Shown: positions 1 to 10,140, numbered from the stretch's first letter. The stretch: DNA of 42,376 nucleotides from Chlamydiota bacterium (GCA_037133055.1 JBAXOY010000009.1:1-42376); one strand, 5' to 3'. The notes: a model not told the origin generated them from the sequence alone. Program-made: numbers and translations.

Positions 1-2569
1 TCCTCAACTCGCCGCCGAACACCACCCCGTATGCCATCGCCGCGATCACCCCCACCGCGAGATACGAGATCACCATCATCCGCATCACGCACCCCGCGAT
101 AGTGAGGATCGGGATTGCCGTGGCGAAAAGGCGATATGGCAGGCAGACCCGGGGGTACGCCGTGCCCCACACCCGGAGCTCGGGCCCCATTGCCAGGACC
201 GTGAACACCGCGAAGACGAGGAACCAGAGCCCGAGGCCCGGCCGTCCGATCCGCTTCCGCCGCGACCACGCAACCGCCATGATCACGATCACCCCCACCC
301 CGAGGTACAGGCTGCTCTCGGTCGGGTTCGGCGGAATCCTGCTCCATACCGCCTCCGTCAGCCGCCCGAAACGCCAGGAATGCCCGTAGACGAACAATGA
401 GAGGAGATCGAGCGAGTTCTCCGTGGCCGGCTGTCCCCCGACGAACGGGTCGCGCAGGCACGCGCGCAGAAACAGCGTCATGATCCCCCCCGTGGTGGCA
501 AGCACCAGCGCGGCGAAAAGGGACAGCGGCAGGCGGTATCCCCGCCTGAACATGCACCACGGGTCGCGAAGCACCACCATCCGGTGAAACGCCAGGATCA
601 CGGCCAGAATGACGCAGTAGAACGCGTAATAATAATCGCAGAGAAGGGCCAGAAACAGGGCCAGCGATGACGCCAGCGCCCGCACCACCGTCGGTTTCTC
701 GAACAGGAGGTAGCATGCCGCCGCAAACACCGGGACCCACTCGAGGGAGACGAGCTGGAGATGCCCGAGGGCGTGCGTGAAGTGGAACGGGGAAAAGGTG
801 AACAGGTACCCCCCCAGCAGGCTTCCCGCGTACGAGCGCGAGAAAAGCCAGCAGAGGAGGAACGCCCCCCACCCGCCCGCCACGAATCCGAAGATCACCA
901 TGACGTTGTACGCCTCCGTCAACGTCATGAACCGCTGCAGCACGATGCCGGCGAACCCGTTGAACGGGTTCAGGGTGTGCCCGAGCAGCGAGGTCCCGTG
1001 CGGGTAATGCAGGTAGGTCGTAAAGAAAACGGGCTGATGGAGCTTCGTGAGCGCCGTGTTCACCCACCATATGTTCCAGACGTTCTGGGCCGCATCCCAC
1101 TCGTCGCCGATGTAGTGCGTGCGGAACTTCAGGACGAGGGGAAAGGTCAGCACCGTGAAACAGACGAGATAGAAGAGCGCCGGGACGAGCACCATCCTGA
1201 TGCCCCGGCGCAGGAATCCGCCGCCCGGCTCCGGCGCGGCACCGCAGCCGGAGGCTCCCTCCCCCTCCCGCGCAGCATGTGGTGGAGAAGCCGGCGCAGG
1301 GGCGGAATCACCCCCCCCCTGTCCGCCGGGTCCCGGGCCGTCCGGATTCCGCGGGGGCGGCGTGGCGCCCTCCCTTGCCAGTGCGGACGCCTCGCGGAGA
1401 TACAGAAACCAGACGCCATAGGCGAGGAGGAGCGAGGAATACTTTAAAAGGACCGTGCAAACGCCGCTCAAGCTCGCAAATCCAGGCAGCGGATTCTCGG
1501 GCGACAGGAGGGACGGGAGCACGGCGAAGAGTAGAAGAAGCCCGGATGATTTCACGCTCCTCGACCGGGCTACAAGCCACCACGTGGGAACGAGGAGCAC
1601 CATGTAGTTATAGCCCTTGAATCTCGGCAGTACCACGGCATAGAGCAGGCAGGCAAGCGCGACAGTCACCTCACGCCCCTCAATTGAGCGGCAGGCCTGC
1701 AACGACCGGAAGCGGCGAACAGAGGCAGCGACCGCCGCGGCGCTCACCGCGATCCAGATGAGCACTGCCGCCGTGCCCGCGGCGGACGCCGCCAGTCCCG
1801 ACCGAATCGCACCAACCATGTCACGGATGAAAGCGAGAGAGGATGGCTGAATAAGCCCGCGCTCATCCCCGACCTTGAAGAGCGCATTCCCCACAAAAGA
1901 ACCGAAGAGGCCGGGCGTGGTGAACGCCGACGCGCACAGGAACAGGGCGATGCACGAACACGCTCCGTAAAACCACTCTCCCCGCCGCGGGTGATCCATC
2001 AAAAAGAGGAGGGGGAGAAACAGCACCGCGGTCATTTTTAACACGGCGCCGGCGAGGATCAGGACACAGAACAAACCGGGTTTCCGCTTCAGGAAGCACG
2101 CGAAGGCGGACCAGATGAGCACCTGCTCGACCACGCATATGTTTCCCGATCGCAAATCGAGAAAGAGCGGGCTCCTGAATGCGAACACCGCCAGGAGACA
2201 AAACCTCCAATCCAGCGTGCCGCCGAGAAAGCAGTTTCTCCATAAGAGCAGCAGCCCTGCCAGGGCGATGCACAGGATACCCAAATACACGAATGATGCC
2301 GCCGGGTACTCGAGGGCTAAGAAGGGCTTGAAAAGGTTGAGGGTGACGGGGGGGTATACGTAGAGGTCCACCGGCAACCCCTTCGCCGCCGCCACCTCCG
2401 CGCCGTCGTAGGGATTGCCCCCCGCTGCCCACACCCCGGCGGCGTGGTAGTAGGTCCCGAAATCCCACAGGAACTCCCCGCGTGTGCACGCAATATACGC
2501 GACGCAAAACGCGCAATAGAGGAGCAGGGCCGTGGCGGCAATCCTACCGACTATCCTTTCATCATGCAT
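1..2569 (-). CDS. Fused membrane glycosyltransferase: N-terminal GT87/DUF2029-like domain, Pro/Gly linker, second GT-C-like domain (3' end outside window)
   Basis: Not in the ORF track, consistent with no stop in the window. Hand translation from ATG 2569 gives MHDERIVGRIAATALLLY..WDFGTYYHAAGVWAAGGNPYD..YVYPPVTL (GT87-like DF..YY.AA..G.PY..YPP). The frame is open across the linker ATPPPRNPDGPGPGGQGGGDSAPAP into MVLVPALFY..IGDEWDAAQNVWNIWW..YLHYPHGTSLLGHTLNP..LAMGPEL..LPYRLF. GAGG lies upstream of the ATG. Confidence 0.8.
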   Translation of the reverse strand, partial: MHDERIVGRIAATALLLYCAFCVAYIACTRGEFLWDFGTYYHAAGVWAAGGNPYDGAEVAAAKGLPVDLYVYPPVTLNLFKPFLALEYPAASFVYLGILCIALAGLLLLWRNCFLGGTLDWRFCLLAVFAFRSPLFLDLRSGNICVVEQVLIWSAFACFLKRKPGLFCVLILAGAVLKMTAVLFLPLLFLMDHPRRGEWFYGACSCIALFLCASAFTTPGLFGSFVGNALFKVGDERGLIQPSSLAFIRDMVGAIRSGLAASAAGTAAVLIWIAVSAAAVAASVRRFRSLQACRSIEGREVTVALACLLYAVVLPRFKGYNYMVLLVPTWWLVARSRSVKSSGLLLLFAVLPSLLSPENPLPGFASLSGVCTVLLKYSSLLLAYGVWFLYLREASALAREGATPPPRNPDGPGPGGQGGGDSAPAPASPPHAAREGEGASGCGAAPEPGGGFLRRGIRMVLVPALFYLVCFTVLTFPLVLKFRTHYIGDEWDAAQNVWNIWWVNTALTKLHQPVFFTTYLHYPHGTSLLGHTLNPFNGFAGIVLQRFMTLTEAYNVMVIFGFVAGGWGAFLLCWLFSRSYAGSLLGGYLFTFSPFHFTHALGHLQLVSLEWVPVFAAACYLLFEKPTVVRALASSLALFLALLCDYYYAFYCVILAVILAFHRMVVLRDPWCMFRRGYRLPLSLFAALVLATTGGIMTLFLRACLRDPFVGGQPATENSLDLLSLFVYGHSWRFGRLTEAVWSRIPPNPTESSLYLGVGVIVIMAVAWSRRKRIGRPGLGLWFLVFAVFTVLAMGPELRVWGTAYPRVCLPYRLFATAIPILTIAGCVMRMMVISYLAVGVIAAMAYGVVFGGELR

Positions 2570-2587
2570 GGGGGGCCTCTGCTTCGC

Positions 2588-4756
2588 TCACAGGCGCCTC
2601 CTCCAGGAAAGAAACCCGCACGCGGTCAGCGACAGGAGGGCGAGCCCCGTGAGGAGCCCGTGGCGCGGATACGCGAGCGCGACCGCCATGTCACCGTCCG
2701 CGGGGGCCTTGAAGGCGAGCTGGCCATTCCTGTCGAAGAGCTCCAGCGGTCTCCCTTCGCAGGACGCGCTCCATGCGGGGAAGTAGTTCATGCGCACCAC
2801 AACGGCGCTCCCCTTCCTCACACCCCGCAGGCGAAGGGTCTTGCCAAAATAGCCGCGGCCTTCCACTTCCCCACTCCCCGGGGATACCGCCACGCTCCTC
2901 GGGTCGGCGTGGAGAAATTCATATATCTCCCACCCGACCGGTTCAAACCCGGCGCGCTGCAGGGTTACTGCATCAATCTTCCATACACACCTGAACACAC
3001 TGTGTTGCTGACTGAAATAATGCCGCGCCTCGTTGCTCCAGAGCACAAGATACTTGACGCCCCAGTGCTGCAACATTGCATTGACCGTCTCCGGCGAGTA
3101 TTCGGATAGAAAACGCCCTTTCCATGTGCCACAACTAATGGAATTTGACCTGAATATGCTCGGGGGAAAACCGTCTATATTGGAGGCAAATAAATCTTTC
3201 CCTGTTTCCAACGCAAAGACGCCCACGAGATGAACGTCATCGGACCACTTCTCGCTCCTTTTCCCGCTCGCGCTTTCCGTGGCATGATTCAACCCACCCG
3301 CTCCCTCAAAAAGGACCAGATTCCCGTCCATCGCGCGGATTCTATCAAGGAACGATCCATAAAGGGAGGAAAGGCTCTTGAGGCGCGGCGTGGTCCACCC
3401 GAGAAACATCGGAGATCCATAGATGAGAAGGGACGTGACGAGCACGAAAAGGAGAAAAAACCTCGTGAATCCCCCCGAGGGTCTTTTGAAATCCCCTTTT
3501 AGAGCCCCAAGTGCCGCGACGAGTACCATTGACAGCAGGGGGAGCCCTCGCAGCATCCTCGAAAAAGCCTGGTCTGTAACGCACATGCCAAGGCATATCA
3601 GAACCGTCAATACACCGCAGGCCCATGCAAGGGTGCGAAGGCCGTTCCTGTTCGAACAGAACATACTCCAGAGGATGAGCGGGAGAAACAGCATCTCCGA
3701 TAGAACATCACGCAATTGCTGGAGCGCACAGGGCACAATACACGATATAACGAGCCGCATAGGCTTCGGGGTAAAATGCTGGACATCCTCTATGAAATAT
3801 CCCCGATAATTAATAAAGGGCCAGATGTAAGGGAGCGTGCAACATACCACCACACCGCATGCGACAACCGCCCTGAGAGCATTTCTTTTCCTCTCACGGG
3901 AGAACAGAATCACGAGGACGATGGTCATCAGTGAAAGGGCAAAATAGCTCAGGTGCGCGTAACAGGCACATGAGGTCACAACCGCAAGAGAAAAGGCTGA
4001 TAGATATTTATTCTCAACGAATTTCTTCACAAATATAATGACCAGGAGATAGCAATCCAACCCCACCATGCTGTTGAATGAACAGTTGCCGAGAAAGTCC
4101 CCGAAGTAACCACGCAGTAGTATTGTGGATAGATACATACCCCACACCGCTGCGATCCTCTGCGCGGGAAACCATGCCCGGATACCGCAATACGCAAGGA
4201 TGGGGAAGATGAGGATGGAAAGAAAGACCGTGAGATTGAATCCCGCGACGTCTCCGAACAGGAACATGAAAGGCGCTGAGAAGAACGCCAGATTATACTG
4301 TGTATCGAGAAAGGCCGGATACCCCCCCAGAAGGGACGAGTTCCATCCGAAGACCCCCCCCTGGCGGAGCATCTCAACCCCCTGCATGGTGAATGAATAC
4401 AGCATGGGCGCATCGTCGTGCCATATGAACGAGTGAAGATCAGGGGTGAATCTGCTTGATAGACAGGCGAGGATGAAAGTGTCACAGATGATCAGTGCGC
4501 CAGAGGCGCTCCCCACAATCATCCGGATGCGCGGATATCCGCCCAGGAGACAGAATATTGAGGTGATACCAATGGCTCCGGCAAGGAACCGAATCCCATA
4601 GCCGGATTCCATGCCCATACTCAACATAATGAAATTGATCCCCAGCGCGAGCTCGAACCACCCGATACTCAGCCGTATCGATTTGCACAGCGGGAGGTTG
4701 AGTAGCAGTGCCATAGGGTGTTCCTCTTTGAGAACGAACCCCGCCGCTCCGCTCAT
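2588..4756 (-). CDS. Multi-pass membrane protein, putative GT-C glycosyltransferase with YfhO-like C-terminus
   Basis: Many hydrophobic helices; GWNSSLLGGYP motif; C-terminal NYFPAW..G motif followed by a TM helix. ATG 4756 forms an ATGA overlap with the upstream stop. Confidence 0.75.
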   Translation of the reverse strand: MSGAAGFVLKEEHPMALLLNLPLCKSIRLSIGWFELALGINFIMLSMGMESGYGIRFLAGAIGITSIFCLLGGYPRIRMIVGSASGALIICDTFILACLSSRFTPDLHSFIWHDDAPMLYSFTMQGVEMLRQGGVFGWNSSLLGGYPAFLDTQYNLAFFSAPFMFLFGDVAGFNLTVFLSILIFPILAYCGIRAWFPAQRIAAVWGMYLSTILLRGYFGDFLGNCSFNSMVGLDCYLLVIIFVKKFVENKYLSAFSLAVVTSCACYAHLSYFALSLMTIVLVILFSRERKRNALRAVVACGVVVCCTLPYIWPFINYRGYFIEDVQHFTPKPMRLVISCIVPCALQQLRDVLSEMLFLPLILWSMFCSNRNGLRTLAWACGVLTVLICLGMCVTDQAFSRMLRGLPLLSMVLVAALGALKGDFKRPSGGFTRFFLLFVLVTSLLIYGSPMFLGWTTPRLKSLSSLYGSFLDRIRAMDGNLVLFEGAGGLNHATESASGKRSEKWSDDVHLVGVFALETGKDLFASNIDGFPPSIFRSNSISCGTWKGRFLSEYSPETVNAMLQHWGVKYLVLWSNEARHYFSQQHSVFRCVWKIDAVTLQRAGFEPVGWEIYEFLHADPRSVAVSPGSGEVEGRGYFGKTLRLRGVRKGSAVVVRMNYFPAWSASCEGRPLELFDRNGQLAFKAPADGDMAVALAYPRHGLLTGLALLSLTACGFLSWRRRL

Positions 4757-6186
4757 CCTTCGCGGGGCACCCATCTGGAGAAAAGCTGAACGCCAGTTTG
4801 GAGTTGGCGCATAAGTTTTTTAAACGATGATATCGAGCGGAGCCTCCTCAGAAGATAGCGGGGATTGAAGTAGAAATTGAGATATGCTTTTCGTAAATAT
4901 TTTTCGATGACCTCCGCCTGAAGGCCGGCATTCGTGGAAACATGAAACGCATCGAACGTGTTCCATGTCTCCGTAATGTTGGGCTTTTGTGCCTTGTAAA
5001 GCTCCGTTCCGGGGTAAGGCGTCACAATGTTAAAAGAGGCGTAATCGGCATGTAATTCTTTTGACAATTTGATCGTCCTCTCCATTGTCTCGACCGTCTC
5101 CCCCGGGCACCCGAGCATGAAAAAGGCGGCGGTCTCGATGCCGCATCTTCTCGTCGCTGCAAAGGCCTTCTTCACCTGGTCGATGGTAATGCCCTTTTTT
5201 AAGGCATCAAGCACCCCCTGATCCCCGGATTCCACCCCATACTGGATTTGATAGCATCCCGCCTTTCGCATAAGCTGGAGAAGTTCGGCGTCGACGGTAT
5301 CCACGCGGGAAAGGCAGATCCAATTGACGCCCAATTTTTTCTCGATTATCCGGTTGCATATATCAAGGACATGCGCTCGTCCAAGCGTGAAGGTATCGTC
5401 CCAGAAACCTATATCGCGGATGCCGAACTTATGGACGATCTCCTCAAGCTCGGCGATCACGTTCGCCGCTGAGCGCACGCGGCACCGCGTGCCGTTATAG
5501 ACCTGGGTGGCGCAGAATATGCATGGGTAAGGACAGCCCCTGCTGGTGATCATAATGGTGAAATTGTCTGTCATGGCGAAGGGGATCGAGTACCTGTACC
5601 CGGCGACAAGATCCCTGGCCGGGAAGGGAAGCGCGTCAATATTTTCCGGCAAAGGGCGATCGGGATTGACCATAACGCCCCCGCCCTCTTTGTAGCTCAG
5701 CCCCTCGATCGCTCTGCACGATTCCCCGGTCGCCAGCGCGTGCGCCAACTCGGCAACCGTGAGCTCCGGCTCGCCGCGCACCACATAATCGACACACGAC
5801 TGCGTCAGGACCTCCTCGTGCTGCAAGGTCACGTGGGCCCCCACGGCGATAATACGGATGGACGGGAGCGCCGCCTTGACGTTTTCGAGGACCGTCGTGT
5901 CGTGGGCGAGGGTCGATGCGCCGGTCGCGCACACGAGGCTATCGGGCGCCTCGACGGCGAGGCGCCGGATGAATTTCTTCTCCCCCGTCCGGGACGCAGC
6001 GCAGTCGACGAGGGACACGGCGAAACCCCCCTGCGCCCGGAGGAGCGCGCCGATGTACATGAGGCCCAGCGGGGGGAGCGCGTAAGCGGCTTTGGAGGCG
6101 ATGCTCGCGCAGCGCGCGAGCACGGCGTCAGTCTGCACGCCGTGCTGGCCGCGCTCACAGGGCAGCACCGCGAGGAGCACTTTCAT
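4753..6186 (-). CDS. B12-binding radical SAM protein
   Basis: PPLGLMYIGA and VVRGEPE (B12-binding domain); TSRGCPYPCIFC; FWDDTFT; YGVESG; C-terminal FYFNPRY. Confidence 0.9.
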   Translation of the reverse strand: MKVLLAVLPCERGQHGVQTDAVLARCASIASKAAYALPPLGLMYIGALLRAQGGFAVSLVDCAASRTGEKKFIRRLAVEAPDSLVCATGASTLAHDTTVLENVKAALPSIRIIAVGAHVTLQHEEVLTQSCVDYVVRGEPELTVAELAHALATGESCRAIEGLSYKEGGGVMVNPDRPLPENIDALPFPARDLVAGYRYSIPFAMTDNFTIMITSRGCPYPCIFCATQVYNGTRCRVRSAANVIAELEEIVHKFGIRDIGFWDDTFTLGRAHVLDICNRIIEKKLGVNWICLSRVDTVDAELLQLMRKAGCYQIQYGVESGDQGVLDALKKGITIDQVKKAFAATRRCGIETAAFFMLGCPGETVETMERTIKLSKELHADYASFNIVTPYPGTELYKAQKPNITETWNTFDAFHVSTNAGLQAEVIEKYLRKAYLNFYFNPRYLLRRLRSISSFKKLMRQLQTGVQLFSRWVPREG

Positions 6187-6196
6187 CGTCCGCCGC

Positions 6197-6459
6197 TCAC
6201 CTTTCCCGGAATCTCATCGCGAACAGAAATACGAGATTCCTGAATCCGTCTCGAAACGCCTGAAGCTTCACCGTGCCGGCGCGCGTCGGATAGCCGATGT
6301 GCCGCTCCGCGCACCTGAGTTCCGGGTCGAGAAACGCCTTGAGCTTGATCTCCTCGGAAAACGACATCCCAGCGCTCCGGGGGGAGATTCTCGTGAGGAG
6401 ATCTCTCCTGAACACCCACATCCCCGACCGCGAATCGCGCCGTCGTCACGGTCGGCCAT
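6197..6459 (-). pseudogene. GT2 (polyprenol-phosphate glycosyltransferase-like) remnant, C-terminal part only
   Basis: DSRSGMWVFRR..GMSFSEEIKL..IGYPTRAGTVKLQAFRDGFRNL resembles the GT2/DPM1-like C-terminal half. An in-frame TGA lies just upstream and there is no DxD region. An out-of-frame ATG at 6459 follows the upstream gene's stop. Confidence 0.65.
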
Positions 6460-6462
6460 GCG

Positions 6463-8709
6463 CTACAGGTATCCCTTTCGGGAAAGGACAAAACCCACCG
6501 CGATGGCTCCCCACGCACTCAGGCTGTACAACACGTTTCTCGGAAAGGCCAGGCGGATTACCGGGTCCCCGTCGGCGGGCGATCGCAGGGCCATCTGGCC
6601 ATCCTCGCTAAAAAGCCTCACCGGCCTTCCCGCCCATTCCGCCGTCCACGCCGGGAAGTAGTTCGTCCGTATCACCACCTTCTCACCCTTTCTCACCCCG
6701 TGCAACCGGACGATCATGGAGAAATAATCGGGCCGCCGCACCTCTCCCCGGCCGGGGAAAACTGCGACCCCGCGCGGATCGGCATCGAGGAATTCATAGA
6801 TCTCCCAGTGCAGCGGCTCAAATCCGTTGCGCGCCAGCTCATGCGGATCGATCTTCCAGACACGGCGGTACGGGCTTTTTATCTCGTGCCCAAGACATCT
6901 GATAAATCCCTTCGGGCGGTGTTTGGGTTGCCCCTTGAAATAGTTTCTTGCCTCATCGCTCCAGAGGACCAGATATCTTACCCCCCATTTTTTTAGATCG
7001 TTGCTGACATCGCCCAGCGCGTACTCAGACAGAAAGCGCCCCTTGTAGGTCCCGGCGGCAATCATGGTAGACCTGAACACGCTCGGGGGATATCCCCCCA
7101 CATTCATTGAGAACAGATCCTTCCCCGTTTCCATGGCCACGATCCCCGCCATGACGACGGGCTGGGACCACGCCTCGGCATCTCTCGAAAGGGCGCTCTT
7201 GCTCGCCCATCCCCAGTCGCCGTCGATTTCGAACAGCACAAGGTTGCCGTCCAGGGTCCTCAGCTTTTCTGCGAACGCCGCATTGTACGCGTCGAGACTC
7301 TTGACGCGCGGCGCGCGCCACGGGCAGACATAGCGGCCGCCGAAGAAACACAATAAAAGAAACAACGTCACAAAACACACCTGCGTAATTCTCATACAGC
7401 AACGGTTCGAGTACCAGATCGCGCACGGCACGGCGGAGAGGAAGATGATTTCCAAGACGGGCGTAGCCCGGAACATTCTGTAGAAACTGCGATCCGAAAA
7501 TTCCCGTCCCACCCCGATGCAAAAAAGGAGCATTACGTAGGTGAAGAGCAGCATCTTGAACGAGCGGGCGCCTTTCGAGAGCGCAATCCATAAAAATATC
7601 GGCACGAGGCTCAGATGGAGAAAAACATTAAAGACCTCCGAGGTGATACGCTCCGATGGCGGGGGGAAAAAGAAACTTTTACCGGGGGATGCGATTGTCA
7701 CACACGTCTTGGTTAAAGCCCGTGCAAGGCTTGACGGATTCAGCAAATGTCGATTGGGCACAAAATGCTGCCCGTCCTCGGCAAGGTAATCTCCATATGA
7801 AAGGAAAAAAGACGAGAAATGCAGGGTACAGAGGACTACTATCCCCAGAAGGATGGATACCCTCCCCGCGTACGAGAATCTTCCCCGGCTGACGAACACC
7901 AGAAGGACGAGCGTCATCAGCGATATGAGAAAATAACTGATATGAACGTAGCAGGTGAATGCGGTGGCGACCACGAGGAAGAATCCTGAGAGCGGTTTCT
8001 TGTCCAGAAAGCGCCTTATGAGGATCAGATTAACGACATAGAGGTCAATTGCCGGCACGCCGTTGAAGGTACACCGATCTAGAAACCCGGGCGAGAACCA
8101 GAGCTTAACCAGCATGCCCGCAAGATAGATCGCCCAGACAGCCATGCAGTTATACCCGGGGAACCAGGCGCGGACGCATGCATACATGAGACCCGGGAAG
8201 ACAAGGATGCTCACGTAGATCAGCAGTGTGTACCCCGCCAATCTTCCGAATAAAAGCATGAACGGCCACGCGACGAAGGCCATATTATTGGTGTTATCAA
8301 GAAAACTCGGGTATCCGCCGAGCATTCTGGAAGTCCAGCCGTAGACGCCCCCCTGGAGAAGCATCTCCACGCCCTGTGTGGTATCGGCGTAGTAGCTCGG
8401 GGCATCGTAGCGCCAGATGTGGGAGCTGAGCGAGATGCCGAACGCAGAGATGAGCCCGGCGATGAGGAACGGATAGGTGACACTAAAAGCGCCTGCGGGG
8501 CTTAATAAAAAGCTCTCGAGCCGCAGCAGGACGACGATCGCCACGAGCAGCACAGCGAGCAGGAGGGAGAGTGAAAAAAGCCGCGCGCCGAAGGTATCCT
8601 CCAGCTTCATCAAAAGAAAGAGACAACTGAGGGAGGCGGCAACCTCACCCCCTCCGATTGAGAAACTCCTTCCCCGGATCCCCGGGAAAAGACAGATGAT
8701 TCTCATCAC
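6463..8709 (-). CDS. Multi-pass membrane protein, putative GT-C with YfhO-like C-terminus (paralog of 2588..4756)
   Basis: QGVEMLLQGGVYGWTSRMLGGYP; WEIYEFLDADPR; NYFPAW; hydrophobic helices. Confidence 0.75.
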   Translation of the reverse strand: MMRIICLFPGIRGRSFSIGGGEVAASLSCLFLLMKLEDTFGARLFSLSLLLAVLLVAIVVLLRLESFLLSPAGAFSVTYPFLIAGLISAFGISLSSHIWRYDAPSYYADTTQGVEMLLQGGVYGWTSRMLGGYPSFLDNTNNMAFVAWPFMLLFGRLAGYTLLIYVSILVFPGLMYACVRAWFPGYNCMAVWAIYLAGMLVKLWFSPGFLDRCTFNGVPAIDLYVVNLILIRRFLDKKPLSGFFLVVATAFTCYVHISYFLISLMTLVLLVFVSRGRFSYAGRVSILLGIVVLCTLHFSSFFLSYGDYLAEDGQHFVPNRHLLNPSSLARALTKTCVTIASPGKSFFFPPPSERITSEVFNVFLHLSLVPIFLWIALSKGARSFKMLLFTYVMLLFCIGVGREFSDRSFYRMFRATPVLEIIFLSAVPCAIWYSNRCCMRITQVCFVTLFLLLCFFGGRYVCPWRAPRVKSLDAYNAAFAEKLRTLDGNLVLFEIDGDWGWASKSALSRDAEAWSQPVVMAGIVAMETGKDLFSMNVGGYPPSVFRSTMIAAGTYKGRFLSEYALGDVSNDLKKWGVRYLVLWSDEARNYFKGQPKHRPKGFIRCLGHEIKSPYRRVWKIDPHELARNGFEPLHWEIYEFLDADPRGVAVFPGRGEVRRPDYFSMIVRLHGVRKGEKVVIRTNYFPAWTAEWAGRPVRLFSEDGQMALRSPADGDPVIRLAFPRNVLYSLSAWGAIAVGFVLSRKGYL

Positions 8710-8742
8710 GCGCTCCCTATGCTCAGCGGGGGGAAGTTCGCC

Positions 8743-10140
8743 TTATACCGCCCTCATGCCGGCTGCTTTCAGGACAAGGTCAACGCCGTTGGCGACAAGC
8801 TCCCGCAGCTGGTGCCACGACCGCACCCGGCACAGCCTCCCGAGGATGTAGCACGGGCGGAGATAGAAACTCCGGACCGCGCGGCGCCGCAGCCGGCGGA
8901 TCTCCGCGGCGGAGAGGAGCCCCGAGCCGCGGGTGACGAACCCGCCCGAGTGGTCGAAGTCGAGGTCCGCCTCGCTGATGATCCCGCGCGCGACCGCTTC
9001 CCTGCGGTACTGCGTGCAGGGCCGCGGCACCGCAACGTTGAACGAGGCGTAATCGCACGGCAGCTCACGGGCGAACCGGATCGTCCGTTCGCAGGTCTCC
9101 AGTGTATCATACGGGCCGGCGATGATGAAGGTGGCGACCGTGTCGATCCCGAGCGTGCGGCAAAGGCGGAAAACGCGGCGCACCCGCCCTGTGTCGAACC
9201 CTTTGCGGTATTTCGCGAGGACCTCGTCGTCCCCCGACTCGACCCCGAAGATGATCGTGTGGCACCCGGCGCGCGTAAAAAGCGCGAGCATCTCCTCGTC
9301 CACAACGTCGACCCTGGAAAAGCAGGACCAGTCGAATCCATAGCCCCTCTCGATCATGATCCGCAGAAGCTCACGCCGGTCGTCCCGCGGGACGCCGAAG
9401 GTGAAGTCGGCAAACAGGATCTCCCTCACGCCGAGGCTGCGAAGGCAGTCGAGCTCGGCGGCCACGTCGGCCGCCGGGCGGTGCCGGAACGGGATCGCAT
9501 CGGCCACGCAGAAAAAGCAGCGGCCGGGACAGCCGAAGCTCGTGAGCACCGAGGCGAGGGGCCGGCTCCTGGTGAACGGGTGCCGGTAGCGCTTCCCGAT
9601 GAACAGCTCGTGCATCGGGACGGGCAGCGTGAACACCCCCCGCTTCGCCGCACCCCGGCAGTCTGCGATCCCGCCCCCGCGCCGCACCACCATCGTGCCG
9701 ATTCCCTCCCGCTCACCGCCGAGGAAACGGACGATGTCGGGAGATGTGAAGTCGAAGAGAACCCCGTCTATCCACGGCTCCCGGCGCATGAGGTCGGCGG
9801 GGGCGTCGAGGAAAACGTCGCCCGAGACGACGATCGGGGCGGGGATGCGCGCCTTGAGGCGGGCGAAAAACCGACGGTCCTCTTCCCACGAAACGATGCC
9901 GGAGAGGCCGATCACGAGCGACGGCGCTGCGGCCGCCGCCAGGGCGATCGCGCGGCCTGGGTCCAGCCTGTCGGCGATCGCGTCGATAAGTACGACCTCG
10001 CAGCCCGCATCCCTCACTATGCCGCTCACGAAAAGCAGGTCGAGGGGCGGGAACAGGTAGGCGGATTTCGTGGTGGCGCTGCAGTAGTAGCCGCGGTTAT
10101 AGTCCCTCACGCCCGGCGGGTGGAGGAGCAGGATCTTCAT
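8743..10140 (-). CDS. B12-binding radical SAM protein
   Basis: MKILLLHPP; FPPLDL; TSFGCPGRCFFC; FADFTF; FGVESG; FYLRPCY. Confidence 0.9.
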   Translation of the reverse strand: MKILLLHPPGVRDYNRGYYCSATTKSAYLFPPLDLLFVSGIVRDAGCEVVLIDAIADRLDPGRAIALAAAAAPSLVIGLSGIVSWEEDRRFFARLKARIPAPIVVSGDVFLDAPADLMRREPWIDGVLFDFTSPDIVRFLGGEREGIGTMVVRRGGGIADCRGAAKRGVFTLPVPMHELFIGKRYRHPFTRSRPLASVLTSFGCPGRCFFCVADAIPFRHRPAADVAAELDCLRSLGVREILFADFTFGVPRDDRRELLRIMIERGYGFDWSCFSRVDVVDEEMLALFTRAGCHTIIFGVESGDDEVLAKYRKGFDTGRVRRVFRLCRTLGIDTVATFIIAGPYDTLETCERTIRFARELPCDYASFNVAVPRPCTQYRREAVARGIISEADLDFDHSGGFVTRGSGLLSAAEIRRLRRRAVRSFYLRPCYILGRLCRVRSWHQLRELVANGVDLVLKAAGMRAV

